NCBI GenBank assembly: GCA_910579465.1
Contig: CAJTUB010000007.1
Coordinates: forward strand, 15,714 to 79,713
DNA length: 64,000 bases
Source: an uncultured Lachnospiraceae bacterium
GTDB lineage: Bacteria; Bacillota; Clostridia; Lachnospirales; Lachnospiraceae
Direction: 5' to 3'
This document shows, in pieces, positions 52,781 to 63,185 of this stretch; the first letter of the stretch is position 1, and every line of letters begins with the position of its first letter. The position numbers were made by a program, and so were the translations under genes. The notes beneath the pieces were generated by a model. The model was not told where the DNA came from. It worked only from the letters and a program-made list of their open reading frames with translations, and made no database searches.

Positions 52781-55198
52781 ATGGTTTTTTTGGGAAAGGT
52801 GGTCGTTTTTTTGACACGGAAAACAAAAGAGTTGCATAGAAACAGGGTCTTTCGCAGGACGGTTTTCGGGGCGGCAATATCGTTCTGCTTCTTTATGGGT
52901 GCTTCCCTTTTCAGGGAATTGTCTGCCGCAGAGGCTGCCGCATTGCGGGTACATAATTATGTAACAAAGGATACTTATGATTATACCGGTACACAGGTAA
53001 TCTATTATGTAGACGGGAAGAAGGTACCGATGTCTTATCCGGGTCTGGTATTAAGTGACGGTTCTGCGCTTGGTCCCTGCAAGGAAATATTTGAAGAGGG
53101 GCTTGGCGTTTCGTCCGATTATACCGATGGAGCAACGGAGTTTTCCCTTCGGTATGGTCCTTATACAATTCGTATGACATTAGGAGATAAAAAGGCGTAT
53201 GTAAACGGGGTACAGAAGCTCCTGCCAAATGCACCGGTACTGTATTCGTTTCAGGGCGGTACGGAGAAGTACCTGTATGTTCCGACACGTTTTGTTGCGG
53301 AGTCGTTCGGGTTTTCCTACACATGGGATAGCGTTGCCTGTACTTCTTCTATCCAGCGTCCGAATGTAATTTACGATGGGAACCGTCAGGTAAACTATCA
53401 GGGGCTCACACCTTCCTTTTCATTAAATGGCCGTATTGTAACCAGCAGTGAGGCGCCCGGGTATGTATTTGACGGATGTGCGCTGTTTGCGGCAGAGGAT
53501 TTCTTTGAAGAAACCGGTCTGGCTTCTTATTCCTACAGCGAAGGAAGCGGATTGATTTTGTTAAAAAGAGGAGATACGCTTCTTCGTTTTGTGCTGGAAA
53601 GTCCTGTAGCCTATATTAATGAAACGCCGTATCTGCTCAGTACGGTTCCACGTCTGATTACACCGCAGGGTTCGTCAAAGGCAAAGGTATATCTGCCGGC
53701 GCAGTTTGCCGCAGACGCGCTTGGTTTTGAGACTTCTTATGACGGACAGACGGGCGTGCTGCAGATAAGCGGTACAGGGAATGGCAGTGTAGAGAATGTT
53801 CCGGGAGGAACCGGAGTGTCCGGTACAGTGATTCCGGATACTGCATCTTATGGGGAAGAGCTGTTTTCGTATCAGACCTATCCGCAGGTAATCGAGCATT
53901 TTACAGCCCTCGGGTATAAGGTTCCGGAGTCGGTGGTTGCTTATTCCTGCCTGCATTCTGATGCACTTTATCTGCGTGGCATTGACCTGCGCGATGTCAG
54001 AATAACAGATAAGTATGACGTGATTGAAATTGAAATTCCGAAATGCAGGAACCCTTTCGGAGAAAAAGCTTATTATAATACGGAAAATGCCTATTTGAAC
54101 TATTGCTACCTGTTTGGTGAAAATAATTTCAAAATAACCATTTTCAAAACGACGGATTTACAGTATTATTCTTATGATGCACCGGACGGCTGTGTGATTC
54201 ATTTTACGGATACGCTCGGGATGTATGAGGATTATATAAAGTTTAACAATGTGATACCAGCACCGGACTGGACTGATATCATGGCAGGAGAAAATACGTC
54301 GGCGGCATTGTTGCCTGCAGCAGTATTTTCAAGGGAGCATTTTGTAATCCGTCTGCCGGAGGGGGTTACGGAGCAGGAGCTGACCGACAATGATGAGTAT
54401 ACTAACCGGCGCTTTACCATCCGTATTCCAGGGAACCATACCGCGTTCTTAAAGGAGCAGCAGGTATACAATCCGGTATCTGCATTAAAGAATTATACCG
54501 TTTCTTACCGGGCGTCGGACGACAGTACCATCCTTACCTTTTACACGACAAAGATACAGGGGTATTCCTACGTTGTCTGTGGCGGCTACCTTGCGGTAAA
54601 GATTGCAGACCCGCCGGAAATTTACGATAAAATCATCGTACTCGATGCAGGGCACGGAGGAATCGACCCGGGGACGCTGCGGGGAAGTGTGTACGAGAAA
54701 AATGTTAATTTTAATGTGGTAAACGTATATGCGCCGGAATATTTTAAAAATTCCGACATAAAGGTATATTATACCCGTACGACGGATACCAAGATTTCAC
54801 TGGAGAACCGTGCAGCATTTGCAAAGTCGGTCGGAGCGGATTTCTTTATCAGCTTTCATGTAAACGCGCATTCCAATGCGTCGGTGGCAGGGACAAGCGT
54901 GTATTATTCTACCTCGAACAACCAGCCGAATTCTGCCGGGCTGAAAAGCTCCATACTGGCGAATACCGTGCTGAAGCAGCTGGTTTCGGAATGGGGGACC
55001 AGAAACCGTGGTCTTGCGACGGCAAAGTTCGTCGTGATACATGAAAATACGGTTCCTGCCGTGTTGATTGAGTGTGGCTTTATCACCAATGACAGTGATT
55101 TTCAGAAAATCAGGGATACCGCATACCAGAAGAAGGCGGCAAAGGCTATTTTCGATGCGGTGAATGAGATTTTCAGGCAGTATCCGACCAGACGATAA
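52781..55198 (+). CDS. N-acetylmuramoyl-L-alanine amidase (Amidase_3) with N-terminal copper-amine-oxidase-like stalk repeats
   Basis: Repeated YVPTRFVAESFGF and YLPAQFAADALGF motifs. The C-terminus has LDAGHGGIDPG and ISFHVNAH. The start is uncertain. Confidence 0.82.
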   Translation: MVFLGKVVVFLTRKTKELHRNRVFRRTVFGAAISFCFFMGASLFRELSAAEAAALRVHNYVTKDTYDYTGTQVIYYVDGKKVPMSYPGLVLSDGSALGPCKEIFEEGLGVSSDYTDGATEFSLRYGPYTIRMTLGDKKAYVNGVQKLLPNAPVLYSFQGGTEKYLYVPTRFVAESFGFSYTWDSVACTSSIQRPNVIYDGNRQVNYQGLTPSFSLNGRIVTSSEAPGYVFDGCALFAAEDFFEETGLASYSYSEGSGLILLKRGDTLLRFVLESPVAYINETPYLLSTVPRLITPQGSSKAKVYLPAQFAADALGFETSYDGQTGVLQISGTGNGSVENVPGGTGVSGTVIPDTASYGEELFSYQTYPQVIEHFTALGYKVPESVVAYSCLHSDALYLRGIDLRDVRITDKYDVIEIEIPKCRNPFGEKAYYNTENAYLNYCYLFGENNFKITIFKTTDLQYYSYDAPDGCVIHFTDTLGMYEDYIKFNNVIPAPDWTDIMAGENTSAALLPAAVFSREHFVIRLPEGVTEQELTDNDEYTNRRFTIRIPGNHTAFLKEQQVYNPVSALKNYTVSYRASDDSTILTFYTTKIQGYSYVVCGGYLAVKIADPPEIYDKIIVLDAGHGGIDPGTLRGSVYEKNVNFNVVNVYAPEYFKNSDIKVYYTRTTDTKISLENRAAFAKSVGADFFISFHVNAHSNASVAGTSVYYSTSNNQPNSAGLKSSILANTVLKQLVSEWGTRNRGLATAKFVVIHENTVPAVLIECGFITNDSDFQKIRDTAYQKKAAKAIFDAVNEIFRQYPTRR

Positions 55199-55252
55199 AG
55201 AATTTGAATGTGGTCTATTCAGAAAAATGTTAAGATGATAGGAGAATGTTTT

Positions 55253-57022
55253 ATGAAGAAAAATCAAATAAAAAGAATGCTTTCCTTTTGTGCATTCATG
55301 TTTTTCGCCGGACTGTTCTTTTTCGGAAACAGGGCAGAGCAGGCAAATGCAGCCTCTCTCCATATCAAGGCAGAGTATGACGCGGAAACGCAGGTTTCCT
55401 CCATGCCTGTTACGCTGTCCGTGACAAGCTCTTCGGAGATAACCGTGTTAAAGTATACGTATGCAAGAGTAGCAAAGAGCTCTTACTTCACAAAATACGA
55501 AGAAAATACGTTTGATGCCAAAAAGAATGCCGACGGAACCTATTCGTTTTCGGTCGTACAAAACGGTTATGTTTCCGTTCTGGCTGTCAACGAGGACGGA
55601 GAGGAAGCGCTTCTTGTTTTCAAGGTAGCCAATGTTGATACAGAGGCTCCGGTGATTACAGTGACCTCAAAGAAGGTAAATGATTCGTATCAGGTATTCG
55701 TTCAGGCAAAGGATGACCAGTGTGACAGCATCAGCCTCCGCTATGTGGAGGGGGCATATGCATCGCCTTCCGACCCGGTCTGGAAGAAAGCACAGGCCTT
55801 TACGAACCAGAAGGAGCTTCTCCTTTCAGAAGGAAAATATACCTTTATGGCAACAGATGCCGCAGGAAATAATCATGTGATTATCCGGCGCTTCGGCGAG
55901 GTAAAGGAAACAGAAGAGTTCCGTGCAGTCTGGATTGCATATCTGGATTTTAAGACGACAGGCTACACGAAAAAGGAGTTTCAGGCACAGGTAGAAACGA
56001 TGTTTAATGAAGCCAGTGCTATGAATATGAATGCAGTAGTCGTTCATGTACGCCCGTTTGGCGATGCAATGTACGAGTCCGCTTATTTTCCGTGGTCGCG
56101 TTACATTTCCGGTACGCAGGGAAAGGACCCGGGATTTGACCCGTTGGAAATCATGGTAGAAGAGGCGCATGTGCGTGGTCTTGAGTTCCATGCATGGCTG
56201 AATCCTTACCGGATTACTTCTTCATCTACGAATGTTAATGATTTAAGTAAGGATAATCCGGCAAGAATTTACCGGACCGACAGCGACAAGAGCAATGACC
56301 GCAATGTGCTGACGTATGACGGGAAGCTGTATTATAATCCGTCGTCCAAGGAGGTACAGACGCTTTTGGTCAACGGTATCCGGGAAATTGTGAAAAACTA
56401 TGATGTTGACGGTATTCACTTTGACGATTATTTCTATCCGGCGCTTGGTAAAAATTTCACAAAGAATTTTGATGCACCGGAATATGAAGCATATAAAAAG
56501 GCTCAGATTGCAAAAAAGGAAACCTACCTTTCCATTGCTGACTGGAGACGCGAGAATGTCAACTGCCTGGTACGCGATGTTTATGCCGCAGTAAAGCAAA
56601 TCAATCCTGACGTCGTATTCGGCATCAGTCCTGGTGGCTTTATGGACGCTTTAAAGGCGGACGACAAATATTACGTGGACTTTGAAACCTGGCTTGGCTA
56701 TGATGGTTATATCGATTATCTGTGTCCGCAGCTTTATTGGAGCAATGACCATACTGTGTATCCTTATAATGATATTTTAAATCGTTTTATTAAAGCGGCC
56801 GTGAATCCGGATGTAAAACTGTATGTAGGCATCGGCGCTTATAAGGCAGGAATCAAGACCGAAGGCGACGCATGGTATAAAGACGCTAATGTGTTACGCA
56901 ATATGATTCAGTATGCAAGAAAAACAGATCAGGTAGACGGTTTTATTATTTACAGTTACAAGTATCTGATATCAAAGCGTGATTACGCGGCAATTAAGAA
57001 TATGTTGAAGGAATTTAAGTAA
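55253..57022 (+). CDS. Secreted glycoside-hydrolase-like family 10 (GHL10/YngK-like) protein
   Basis: ATG at 55253 follows TAGGAGA. It has a signal peptide and FRAVWIAYLDF...NAVVVHVRPFGDAMY...WLNPYR. Confidence 0.8.
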   Translation: MKKNQIKRMLSFCAFMFFAGLFFFGNRAEQANAASLHIKAEYDAETQVSSMPVTLSVTSSSEITVLKYTYARVAKSSYFTKYEENTFDAKKNADGTYSFSVVQNGYVSVLAVNEDGEEALLVFKVANVDTEAPVITVTSKKVNDSYQVFVQAKDDQCDSISLRYVEGAYASPSDPVWKKAQAFTNQKELLLSEGKYTFMATDAAGNNHVIIRRFGEVKETEEFRAVWIAYLDFKTTGYTKKEFQAQVETMFNEASAMNMNAVVVHVRPFGDAMYESAYFPWSRYISGTQGKDPGFDPLEIMVEEAHVRGLEFHAWLNPYRITSSSTNVNDLSKDNPARIYRTDSDKSNDRNVLTYDGKLYYNPSSKEVQTLLVNGIREIVKNYDVDGIHFDDYFYPALGKNFTKNFDAPEYEAYKKAQIAKKETYLSIADWRRENVNCLVRDVYAAVKQINPDVVFGISPGGFMDALKADDKYYVDFETWLGYDGYIDYLCPQLYWSNDHTVYPYNDILNRFIKAAVNPDVKLYVGIGAYKAGIKTEGDAWYKDANVLRNMIQYARKTDQVDGFIIYSYKYLISKRDYAAIKNMLKEFK

Positions 57023-57048
57023 TCCGCAGTTTTTCTGATAATCCATTA

Positions 57049-57086
57049 CGCAAATTGCGTTAAACTATGGTTTAGCGCAATTTGCG
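57049..57086. repeat. 17-bp inverted repeat with a 4-nt loop
   Basis: CGCAAATTGCGTTAAAC, loop tatg, then GTTTAGCGCAATTTGCG (16 of 17 pairs). It lies between the GHL10 stop and the recombinase start. No U tract. Confidence 0.8.
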
Positions 57087-57122
57087 ATATCGGCTAATCT
57101 ACTATCCCGGAGGTGTTTCCCT

Positions 57123-58181
57123 ATGGAACAACGTACCTATCACGAGCAAATGAATATCCAGAATACAAAGCGTCTTCGGGAACTGATTTCCGATTTGCCG
57201 CCATATGTAGCAACCTTTTTCCGCGGCATCGAGCAGGTGACCGCATCGCGTACACGAATTGCGTATGCGTTTGACCTGCATGTGTTTTTTGAGTATATTT
57301 CTGCGACAAATCCGATGTATCAGGGAAAACCGTTAAAGGAAATTGAGTTTGACTTATTGACAAAGCTGCAGCCGATGGATATTGAAGAATATCTGGAGTA
57401 TCTGAAGCTTTACATCAACAAAGAGGGAAAAGAAATTACGAACAATGAGCGCGGAATCAAACGAAAGCTGGCGTCTCTGCGGACGTTTTACCGGTACTTT
57501 CATTCCAACCGTATGATTGCGGAAAATCCGACCTTGCAGGTAACGATGCCGAAAATCCATGAGAAAAATATTATCCGCTTTGAGCCGAACGAGGCCGCCG
57601 ACTTTTTGGATGTCGTGGAAAGCGGCGCACGTCTTACCAAGCAGCAGCAGGTACGCCATGAGGCAAGCAAAGTACGGGATCTGGCAATTACCACTCTCTT
57701 ACTGGGCACAGGAATCCGTGTTTCAGAGTGTGTCGGTATTGATATCAAGGATATCGATTTTTCCAGCGACCGTATCAATATTGTCCGCAAAGGCGGCTAT
57801 GAATCGTTCGTTTATTTCGGGGATGAGGTACGGGAGGCACTGCTTTCCTATTCTGAGGAACGGAAAAACCTGATTCCGAAGGAAGGCCATGAAAATGCCT
57901 TTTTCCTTTCCAACCGGATGCAGCGGATTAGTGTAAGAAATGTGGAAGTTTTAGTGAAGAAATACGCAAAGACTGTTACAACAGCAAAAAAAATTACTCC
58001 CCACAAGTTGCGAAGTACTTACGGTACAGAACTTTACAAAGAAACCGGTGACATATATTTAGTAGCCGATGTCCTCGGTCACAAGGATGTAAATACTACC
58101 CGTAAGCACTACGCAGATATTGAGGAAGAAAGACGACGCAGTGCAAAAAATGCAGTTACACTGCGTGAAAAAGGTAATTAG
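57123..58181 (+). CDS. Tyrosine recombinase (XerC/integrase family), catalytic residues intact
   Basis: GTGIRVSE (Arg), HKLRSTYGT (HxxR) and LGHKDVNTTRKHY (His and Tyr). Confidence 0.85.
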   Translation: MEQRTYHEQMNIQNTKRLRELISDLPPYVATFFRGIEQVTASRTRIAYAFDLHVFFEYISATNPMYQGKPLKEIEFDLLTKLQPMDIEEYLEYLKLYINKEGKEITNNERGIKRKLASLRTFYRYFHSNRMIAENPTLQVTMPKIHEKNIIRFEPNEAADFLDVVESGARLTKQQQVRHEASKVRDLAITTLLLGTGIRVSECVGIDIKDIDFSSDRINIVRKGGYESFVYFGDEVREALLSYSEERKNLIPKEGHENAFFLSNRMQRISVRNVEVLVKKYAKTVTTAKKITPHKLRSTYGTELYKETGDIYLVADVLGHKDVNTTRKHYADIEEERRRSAKNAVTLREKGN

Positions 58182-58215
58182 CATAATTCATAAAAGTAAC
58201 AGAATCAGTCACATC

Positions 58216-58581
58216 TTATATCTTATAATCACTTACGATGCGCTCCAATTCCATGACATCGGACGGTGACAGCAGCTGATTTTTCAAATATTCCACCAGG
58301 AAATTGTTTAAGGAGCCGTTGTATACCTTATCCAGCAATGCTTTGGTTTCAATATTTTGTACGGTTCGTTTGGAAATCAGTGCCCGGCAGATAAAGCCCG
58401 GGTCTTCTCTGCGTACCGCCCCCTTCTCAATCAGACGGTTAATCACAGTATATGTAGTATTTTTTTCCCAACCGACGTATTCTTTAATTATTTTTGAAAT
58501 ATCCTTGGCGGCTAACACCTTATTGGACCAAAGCAGTTCCATGATGTTTAATTCGCCTTCATGTAATCGAATATCACTCAT
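58216..58581 (-). CDS. BlaI/MecI/CopY-family repressor (no adjacent M56 sensor)
   Basis: WEKNTTYTVINRLIEKGAV. TACACTTGTA (58606-58615) and two TCTACAC repeats lie just upstream. Confidence 0.85.
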   Translation of the reverse strand: MSDIRLHEGELNIMELLWSNKVLAAKDISKIIKEYVGWEKNTTYTVINRLIEKGAVRREDPGFICRALISKRTVQNIETKALLDKVYNGSLNNFLVEYLKNQLLSPSDVMELERIVSDYKI

Positions 58582-58733
58582 GAATTCAACCCCTCTACAC
58601 CTTTCTACACTTGTAAGGGATGTCGGATTCTCTCACAAGGTCCGTACAATCTGTTCTAGGATTGCGGTGTAAGTTAATTCTACCATATTAGAATTGAAAA
58701 TGCAAGCATTAATTTCATTATTTGACAAAAAAA

Positions 58734-59960
58734 TTATTTTATACAAAAAACTGCGTAATATGGAAGCTGCTTTATGACAGACGTAGAATGAAAGTTTTCA
58801 AAGCCGAATCGGTAATAGCTATCCTCCTCTTTACAGTGATGTGAGGTACGGTAGGAAGCAATGCTCTTCCCTCTCCCACCCTTGGAAATTCTAAGCTCTA
58901 CAGGAGTCTCATAGCCTTCTCCTTTCAGAATAAAATCCACTTTTGCCTGTGCCTCCGATTCCCAGAAGCTGAGCTGAAACGTCCCGCTGACGGATAAGGT
59001 CTGCATAACATAGTTTTCCAACAGTGCTTTCCGGATTTCTTCCGTGTCCTCTCCGGCAAATGCCGAGGAAAGCATCCCGACATCGGGCAGATATAGCTTA
59101 AAGTGTGTTTCATGGTTCTGCTCGTTCAGACGCAGTACCATACCGCCCTGCTCCAGATCGAAAAGGCTGTCACGGTAAAGGGAATAGGTAACGCCCTTCC
59201 GAATCGAATTAAAGCGGAATTTCTTGTTTTCCCGTTTTAACTGCTCCGGCACTACATCGATGACCTGGGCTGCCTTTCCTGCCTCCTTTTCGTCATAAGT
59301 CGTCTCGATTACCGAGCGCATCCGGTTTTTTATCATACAATGTACCTCGCCGACATTATAAATGGATTTGGAGGAAATGTATTCGTTGACCGCTGCAGGC
59401 ATCCCGCCGACGACCAGATATTCTTCAAAAAGAGCGAGCAGCTCCTGATGTACGATATCCGGAACCGGTTCAAAGGTCAGAAAATGCCCTTGAATCATGT
59501 CGACATACCAGTCGTTTCCGACCGCATCCAGGAATTCGTCAAAACGCAACGGAAACAGCCGGCATACATGAAAATGCTCCTGCATTTCCTGTGCCGGCAA
59601 AAGTCCGGAAATTGCTATGACCGGAAGAAAGCTGCAGTGTGTCAGGGATTTGAAAAGAGGCGGACAAAAAGAAATCTCGTCTAAAATAACAACGAGACCG
59701 GAAAGAAATACCTCCTCGAGCTGGAAATAATCTGAAATCGTTTCTGTAGCAGAACGCCCGGAAAGAATTTTATCACAAAAAAACTGCGCCGCTGCAGTAT
59801 TCAGTTCAAAGTTTACATACAGGTACTGCGGATAATATGCCGTCGCAAACTCAATGGCAAGATAGGTTTTCCCGGTCCCTTTTGTACCCGTAATCAAAAA
59901 CGGAAGCGGACAATTCTGCTCCCTCCATTGCATCAGCTCCATTACTGCGTTTCGTTTCAT
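58734..59960 (-). CDS. AAA-type ATPase (DUF4143-like)
   Basis: Walker A GTKGTGKT and Walker B VVILDE. Confidence 0.75.
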   Translation of the reverse strand: MKRNAVMELMQWREQNCPLPFLITGTKGTGKTYLAIEFATAYYPQYLYVNFELNTAAAQFFCDKILSGRSATETISDYFQLEEVFLSGLVVILDEISFCPPLFKSLTHCSFLPVIAISGLLPAQEMQEHFHVCRLFPLRFDEFLDAVGNDWYVDMIQGHFLTFEPVPDIVHQELLALFEEYLVVGGMPAAVNEYISSKSIYNVGEVHCMIKNRMRSVIETTYDEKEAGKAAQVIDVVPEQLKRENKKFRFNSIRKGVTYSLYRDSLFDLEQGGMVLRLNEQNHETHFKLYLPDVGMLSSAFAGEDTEEIRKALLENYVMQTLSVSGTFQLSFWESEAQAKVDFILKGEGYETPVELRISKGGRGKSIASYRTSHHCKEEDSYYRFGFENFHSTSVIKQLPYYAVFCIK

Positions 59961-60037
59961 GCCGTACTACCACTCCCTTTTCTGATTCCGGAACGGAGCT
60001 CCGGTTTTGTTTCCATGCTCCTGTGTTATCTGGTTTT

Positions 60038-60964
60038 CTAGCCGCAGGTTGCCCGGAGCTTCCTGATTAACTCAGTAAAATACTCCGGCAGCTCCGAAGA
60101 AAACTCCATATACTCGCCCTTCGTCGGATGAATAAAGCCAAGCACTCCGGCATGCAGGGTCTGACCGGTTAAATGGAACGGGTCCTTTTTCGGTCCGTAC
60201 ATGGTATCTCCTAACAGCGGATGTCCGATACTGGACATATGCACACGAATCTGGTGTGTCCTTCCTGTTTCGAGCCTGCATGCAATATGCGAGTATTTCG
60301 TCCCGAACTGTTCGAGTACCCGGTAATTCGTTGCCGCAAACTTCCCTTTCACCGGATTGACTGCCATTTTCATCCGTTCCTCAGGATGTCGGCTGATCAG
60401 TGTTTCAATCCTGCCCTCCGGCTCCTCAAACGTACCGTAAACAAGCGCATTGTACTGTCTTGTAATGGAATGCTCCTTAAACTGCTCTGCAAGGCTCCGG
60501 TGCGCGATATCATTTTTACAGGCAACGATAATTCCCGTCGTATTCTTGTCAATCCGGTGTACAATCCCGGGTCTTAAAATCCCGTTGATTCCGGAAAGTG
60601 AGCCGTTGCAGTGATAAAGCAGACCGTTGACAAGGGTTCCCGCATCATGGCCTGCTGCCGGATGGATCACAAGTCCCTTTGGCTTGTCCACGACAATAAT
60701 ATCCTCATCCTCATAAACAATGTTTAACGGAATGTCTTCTGCATCTACCGCAAGTCCCTCAGGTGACGGAATCAGGACCTCAATTAAGTCCCCCTCCTTT
60801 ACCATATCCTTACAGCGGCCGGTATTGTGGTTCAGCCATGCCCCGCCGCTTTCAATAATCTTCTGCACATAAGAGCGCGATACTTTTGGGTAATTCACAG
60901 CGATTGCTTTATCAAGGCGAAGTCCGGCATCCTGTTCCTGTGCTATGAATTTGATTTCTTCCAT
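60038..60964 (-). CDS. rluD: RluA/RluD-family 23S rRNA pseudouridine synthase
   Basis: An S4 domain at the N-terminus and the HRIDKNTTGIIV catalytic motif. Confidence 0.9.
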   Translation of the reverse strand: MEEIKFIAQEQDAGLRLDKAIAVNYPKVSRSYVQKIIESGGAWLNHNTGRCKDMVKEGDLIEVLIPSPEGLAVDAEDIPLNIVYEDEDIIVVDKPKGLVIHPAAGHDAGTLVNGLLYHCNGSLSGINGILRPGIVHRIDKNTTGIIVACKNDIAHRSLAEQFKEHSITRQYNALVYGTFEEPEGRIETLISRHPEERMKMAVNPVKGKFAATNYRVLEQFGTKYSHIACRLETGRTHQIRVHMSSIGHPLLGDTMYGPKKDPFHLTGQTLHAGVLGFIHPTKGEYMEFSSELPEYFTELIRKLRATCG

Positions 60965-61452
60965 TTGCTAAAATCCTCGTCCTTATAATAAAAAATCAGT
61001 AGAAAGCAGGCAAAAATACAGCCGCAGACGACACAGATATCTGCCACATTAAAGACAGGAAACTGAATCAGGTCAAACGAAAACAAATCCGTAACCCTGC
61101 CGGCTACAATGCGGTCAATCATATTCCCGAAAGCTCCTGCCGTGATAAGAAGAATACAAATACGCAACAGGCGCATCCGCGGCACACGCGGCAGCTTAAG
61201 ATACGCCAGGATGACAACGGCAAGAATAACAAAGGAAAGGATTGTCAAAAGAATTGTATGCTTTCCAAGTAAGCCCCACGGGCCGCCTGTATTGTAGACA
61301 AGCCGGAAGGAAAACACGTTTTTCCATAAAATCAACGGGGCGTCCTTGAGTGCGGTTCTTGCCCATAGCTTTGTCAGCTGGTCTGCCACAAGCAGGACTA
61401 CCAGTAATGCAAGATGCAGCAGACTGTTTCGTAAAAATATCTTTCGCTCCAT
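60943..61452 (-). CDS. lspA: Lipoprotein signal peptidase II
   Basis: Start MERKIFLR at 61452 follows GGGGAG. Motifs NTGGPWG and FNVADICV. Confidence 0.9.
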   Translation of the reverse strand: MERKIFLRNSLLHLALLVVLLVADQLTKLWARTALKDAPLILWKNVFSFRLVYNTGGPWGLLGKHTILLTILSFVILAVVILAYLKLPRVPRMRLLRICILLITAGAFGNMIDRIVAGRVTDLFSFDLIQFPVFNVADICVVCGCIFACFLLIFYYKDEDFSKWKKSNS

Positions 61453-61471
61453 AGTAAAAAGCTCCCCTGTC

Positions 61472-62557
61472 TTATAGAATTGCCTGAACGGCTGCCCAGA
61501 TCTCTTCGTCGGACACCCCGGAGTCAATTAGTGCATTGCCGATTGCGTCCAGAAGGACAAACTTAATTCTGGAACCGTCCGCTTTCTTGTCCCGGTGGCA
61601 TACGGAAAGAAACTCTTCTTTTTCCGGCACAGGAACCTTTGTCTGCATTCCGTAAGCAGTCAATAACTCCCGTACCTTACGGGAATCCTCTGCAGAAAGT
61701 GTCCCGCGCAGCACGGAAACCTCTGCTGCGGCAATCATACCCGCAGAAACACACTCTCCATGCAGCAGGGAAAAGTCAGACAGCTTCTCCACCGCATGAC
61801 CGACGGTATGGCCGAAGTTCAACAGGGCACGCTCTCCCTTCTCCTTCGGGTCACGCTCTACGACTGCCTTTTTAATGCAGAGGCTTTGATAAATCATCGA
61901 ACAAAGCAGCTCTGCATTTTTTCCAAGGATTGCTTCCCTGTGTTCTTTTAAAAACGTATAATAGCCTGCGTCCCGGATAAACGCATGCTTTACCACTTCT
62001 CCCATTCCGGCAAGGAACTCACGCGGCGGAAGTGTTTTTAATGCGTTTACATTGATATAGACCGCAGACGGCTGATAAAATGCACCGACCATATTCTTAT
62101 AGGCTTTAAAATCGACACCGGTCTTTCCTCCGATGGAGGAATCTACCATGGAAAGAAGCGAGGTAGGGATGCCGACAAAACGGATGCCGCGTAAATAGGT
62201 GGCGGCTGCAAACCCGGTCAGGTCCCCGGTCACGCCTCCGCCAAGTGCCAATAAAACATCATTCCGGTCAAACGAATGTGTAATCAGAAAATCGTAAAGC
62301 TGTTCCACTGTGGTAAGGTTCTTGGAGGCTTCCCCTGCAGGAAAGGCAAAGGAAACAACGGAAAAGCCCGCGTTCTTCAAAAGATTACTTACTTCATTTC
62401 CATAAAGCTCTCCTACGGTGGAATCACTGACAAGGCAGAGCTTTCTTCCTGAAACGTCCAGTGAATGTAAAAGCGGCACAAGACCGTCAAACGTCTCTTC
62501 CAATAAAATCCGGTAAAGCGGTGCATTCCCCGCATCATGTACAATGAGTTCCTTCAT
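61472..62557 (-). CDS. aroB: 3-Dehydroquinate synthase
   Basis: GGGVTGDLTGFAAATYLRGI and NFGHTVGHAVE motifs. Confidence 0.92.
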   Translation of the reverse strand: MKELIVHDAGNAPLYRILLEETFDGLVPLLHSLDVSGRKLCLVSDSTVGELYGNEVSNLLKNAGFSVVSFAFPAGEASKNLTTVEQLYDFLITHSFDRNDVLLALGGGVTGDLTGFAAATYLRGIRFVGIPTSLLSMVDSSIGGKTGVDFKAYKNMVGAFYQPSAVYINVNALKTLPPREFLAGMGEVVKHAFIRDAGYYTFLKEHREAILGKNAELLCSMIYQSLCIKKAVVERDPKEKGERALLNFGHTVGHAVEKLSDFSLLHGECVSAGMIAAAEVSVLRGTLSAEDSRKVRELLTAYGMQTKVPVPEKEEFLSVCHRDKKADGSRIKFVLLDAIGNALIDSGVSDEEIWAAVQAIL

Positions 62558-62571
62558 ATGAAATCCTCTGG

Positions 62572-63171
62572 TTACTCCTCTAAATTTATAATTTCAATCT
62601 CTTCATCCTCTAACGCGTTCAGCGGGTTCTCCTTCAGCTTCTCCTCGCTGGCATCGTGATAGACGCCTGCCGGTATCTCAACGGAGTCCGTGGAGGCCTC
62701 GAACATGGAAAGCTCCTCTAACCGGATAGAAAAGCTCTGGCTGTCTAACAGCTCGGTCTGTGCCGCCGCAAGGCTTTTAAACTTTGCTTTATACATATCG
62801 TACTGGCGGACCAGCTCGGTTGCCTGCCTGCGGATCTGCTCCAGCTCCCTTCTGGCATCCTGTAAAATGACATTTGCCTTGGAAACTGCCTCCTGCTCAA
62901 TAATCTGGGCATTCTTTACGGCATTCCCTTTCGTCTCCTCCGCGGTACGCTCTGCCAGTACCAGTGCCTTCTGCAATGTCTTTTCAATTGTTTTATAATA
63001 CTGCAGTCCCTCATTTAACACGTTGATGCGGTCCTTCATCTCCATTTTCTCACGGTAGAGCTCTTCATAGTTCTCAAGAATCTGCTGCATGAAATTGTCA
63101 ACGTCCCTTTTGTCATAGCCAAGACCGCCTGACTTAAATACTTTATTTTGAATTTCAACCGGTGTAATCAT
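62572..63171 (-). CDS. divIVA: DivIVA-domain cell-division protein
   Basis: MITPVEIQNKVFKSGGLGYDKRDVDNFM, then a coiled coil. Confidence 0.9.
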   Translation of the reverse strand: MITPVEIQNKVFKSGGLGYDKRDVDNFMQQILENYEELYREKMEMKDRINVLNEGLQYYKTIEKTLQKALVLAERTAEETKGNAVKNAQIIEQEAVSKANVILQDARRELEQIRRQATELVRQYDMYKAKFKSLAAAQTELLDSQSFSIRLEELSMFEASTDSVEIPAGVYHDASEEKLKENPLNALEDEEIEIINLEE

Positions 63172-63185
63172 AGTTATTCCTTTCT

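Noticed and set aside
57123-58181. The intact tyrosine recombinase might be the missing integrase of the AT-rich island.
   Set aside because: It lies about 24 kb from the island among housekeeping genes, in host-like composition. Nothing links it to the direct repeats.
58216-59960. The DUF4143-type AAA ATPase followed by an orphan BlaI-family repressor might be a toxin-antitoxin or defence pair.
   Set aside because: No nuclease or effector domain is visible and a gap of about 150 bp separates the genes. Evidence is insufficient beyond simple adjacency.
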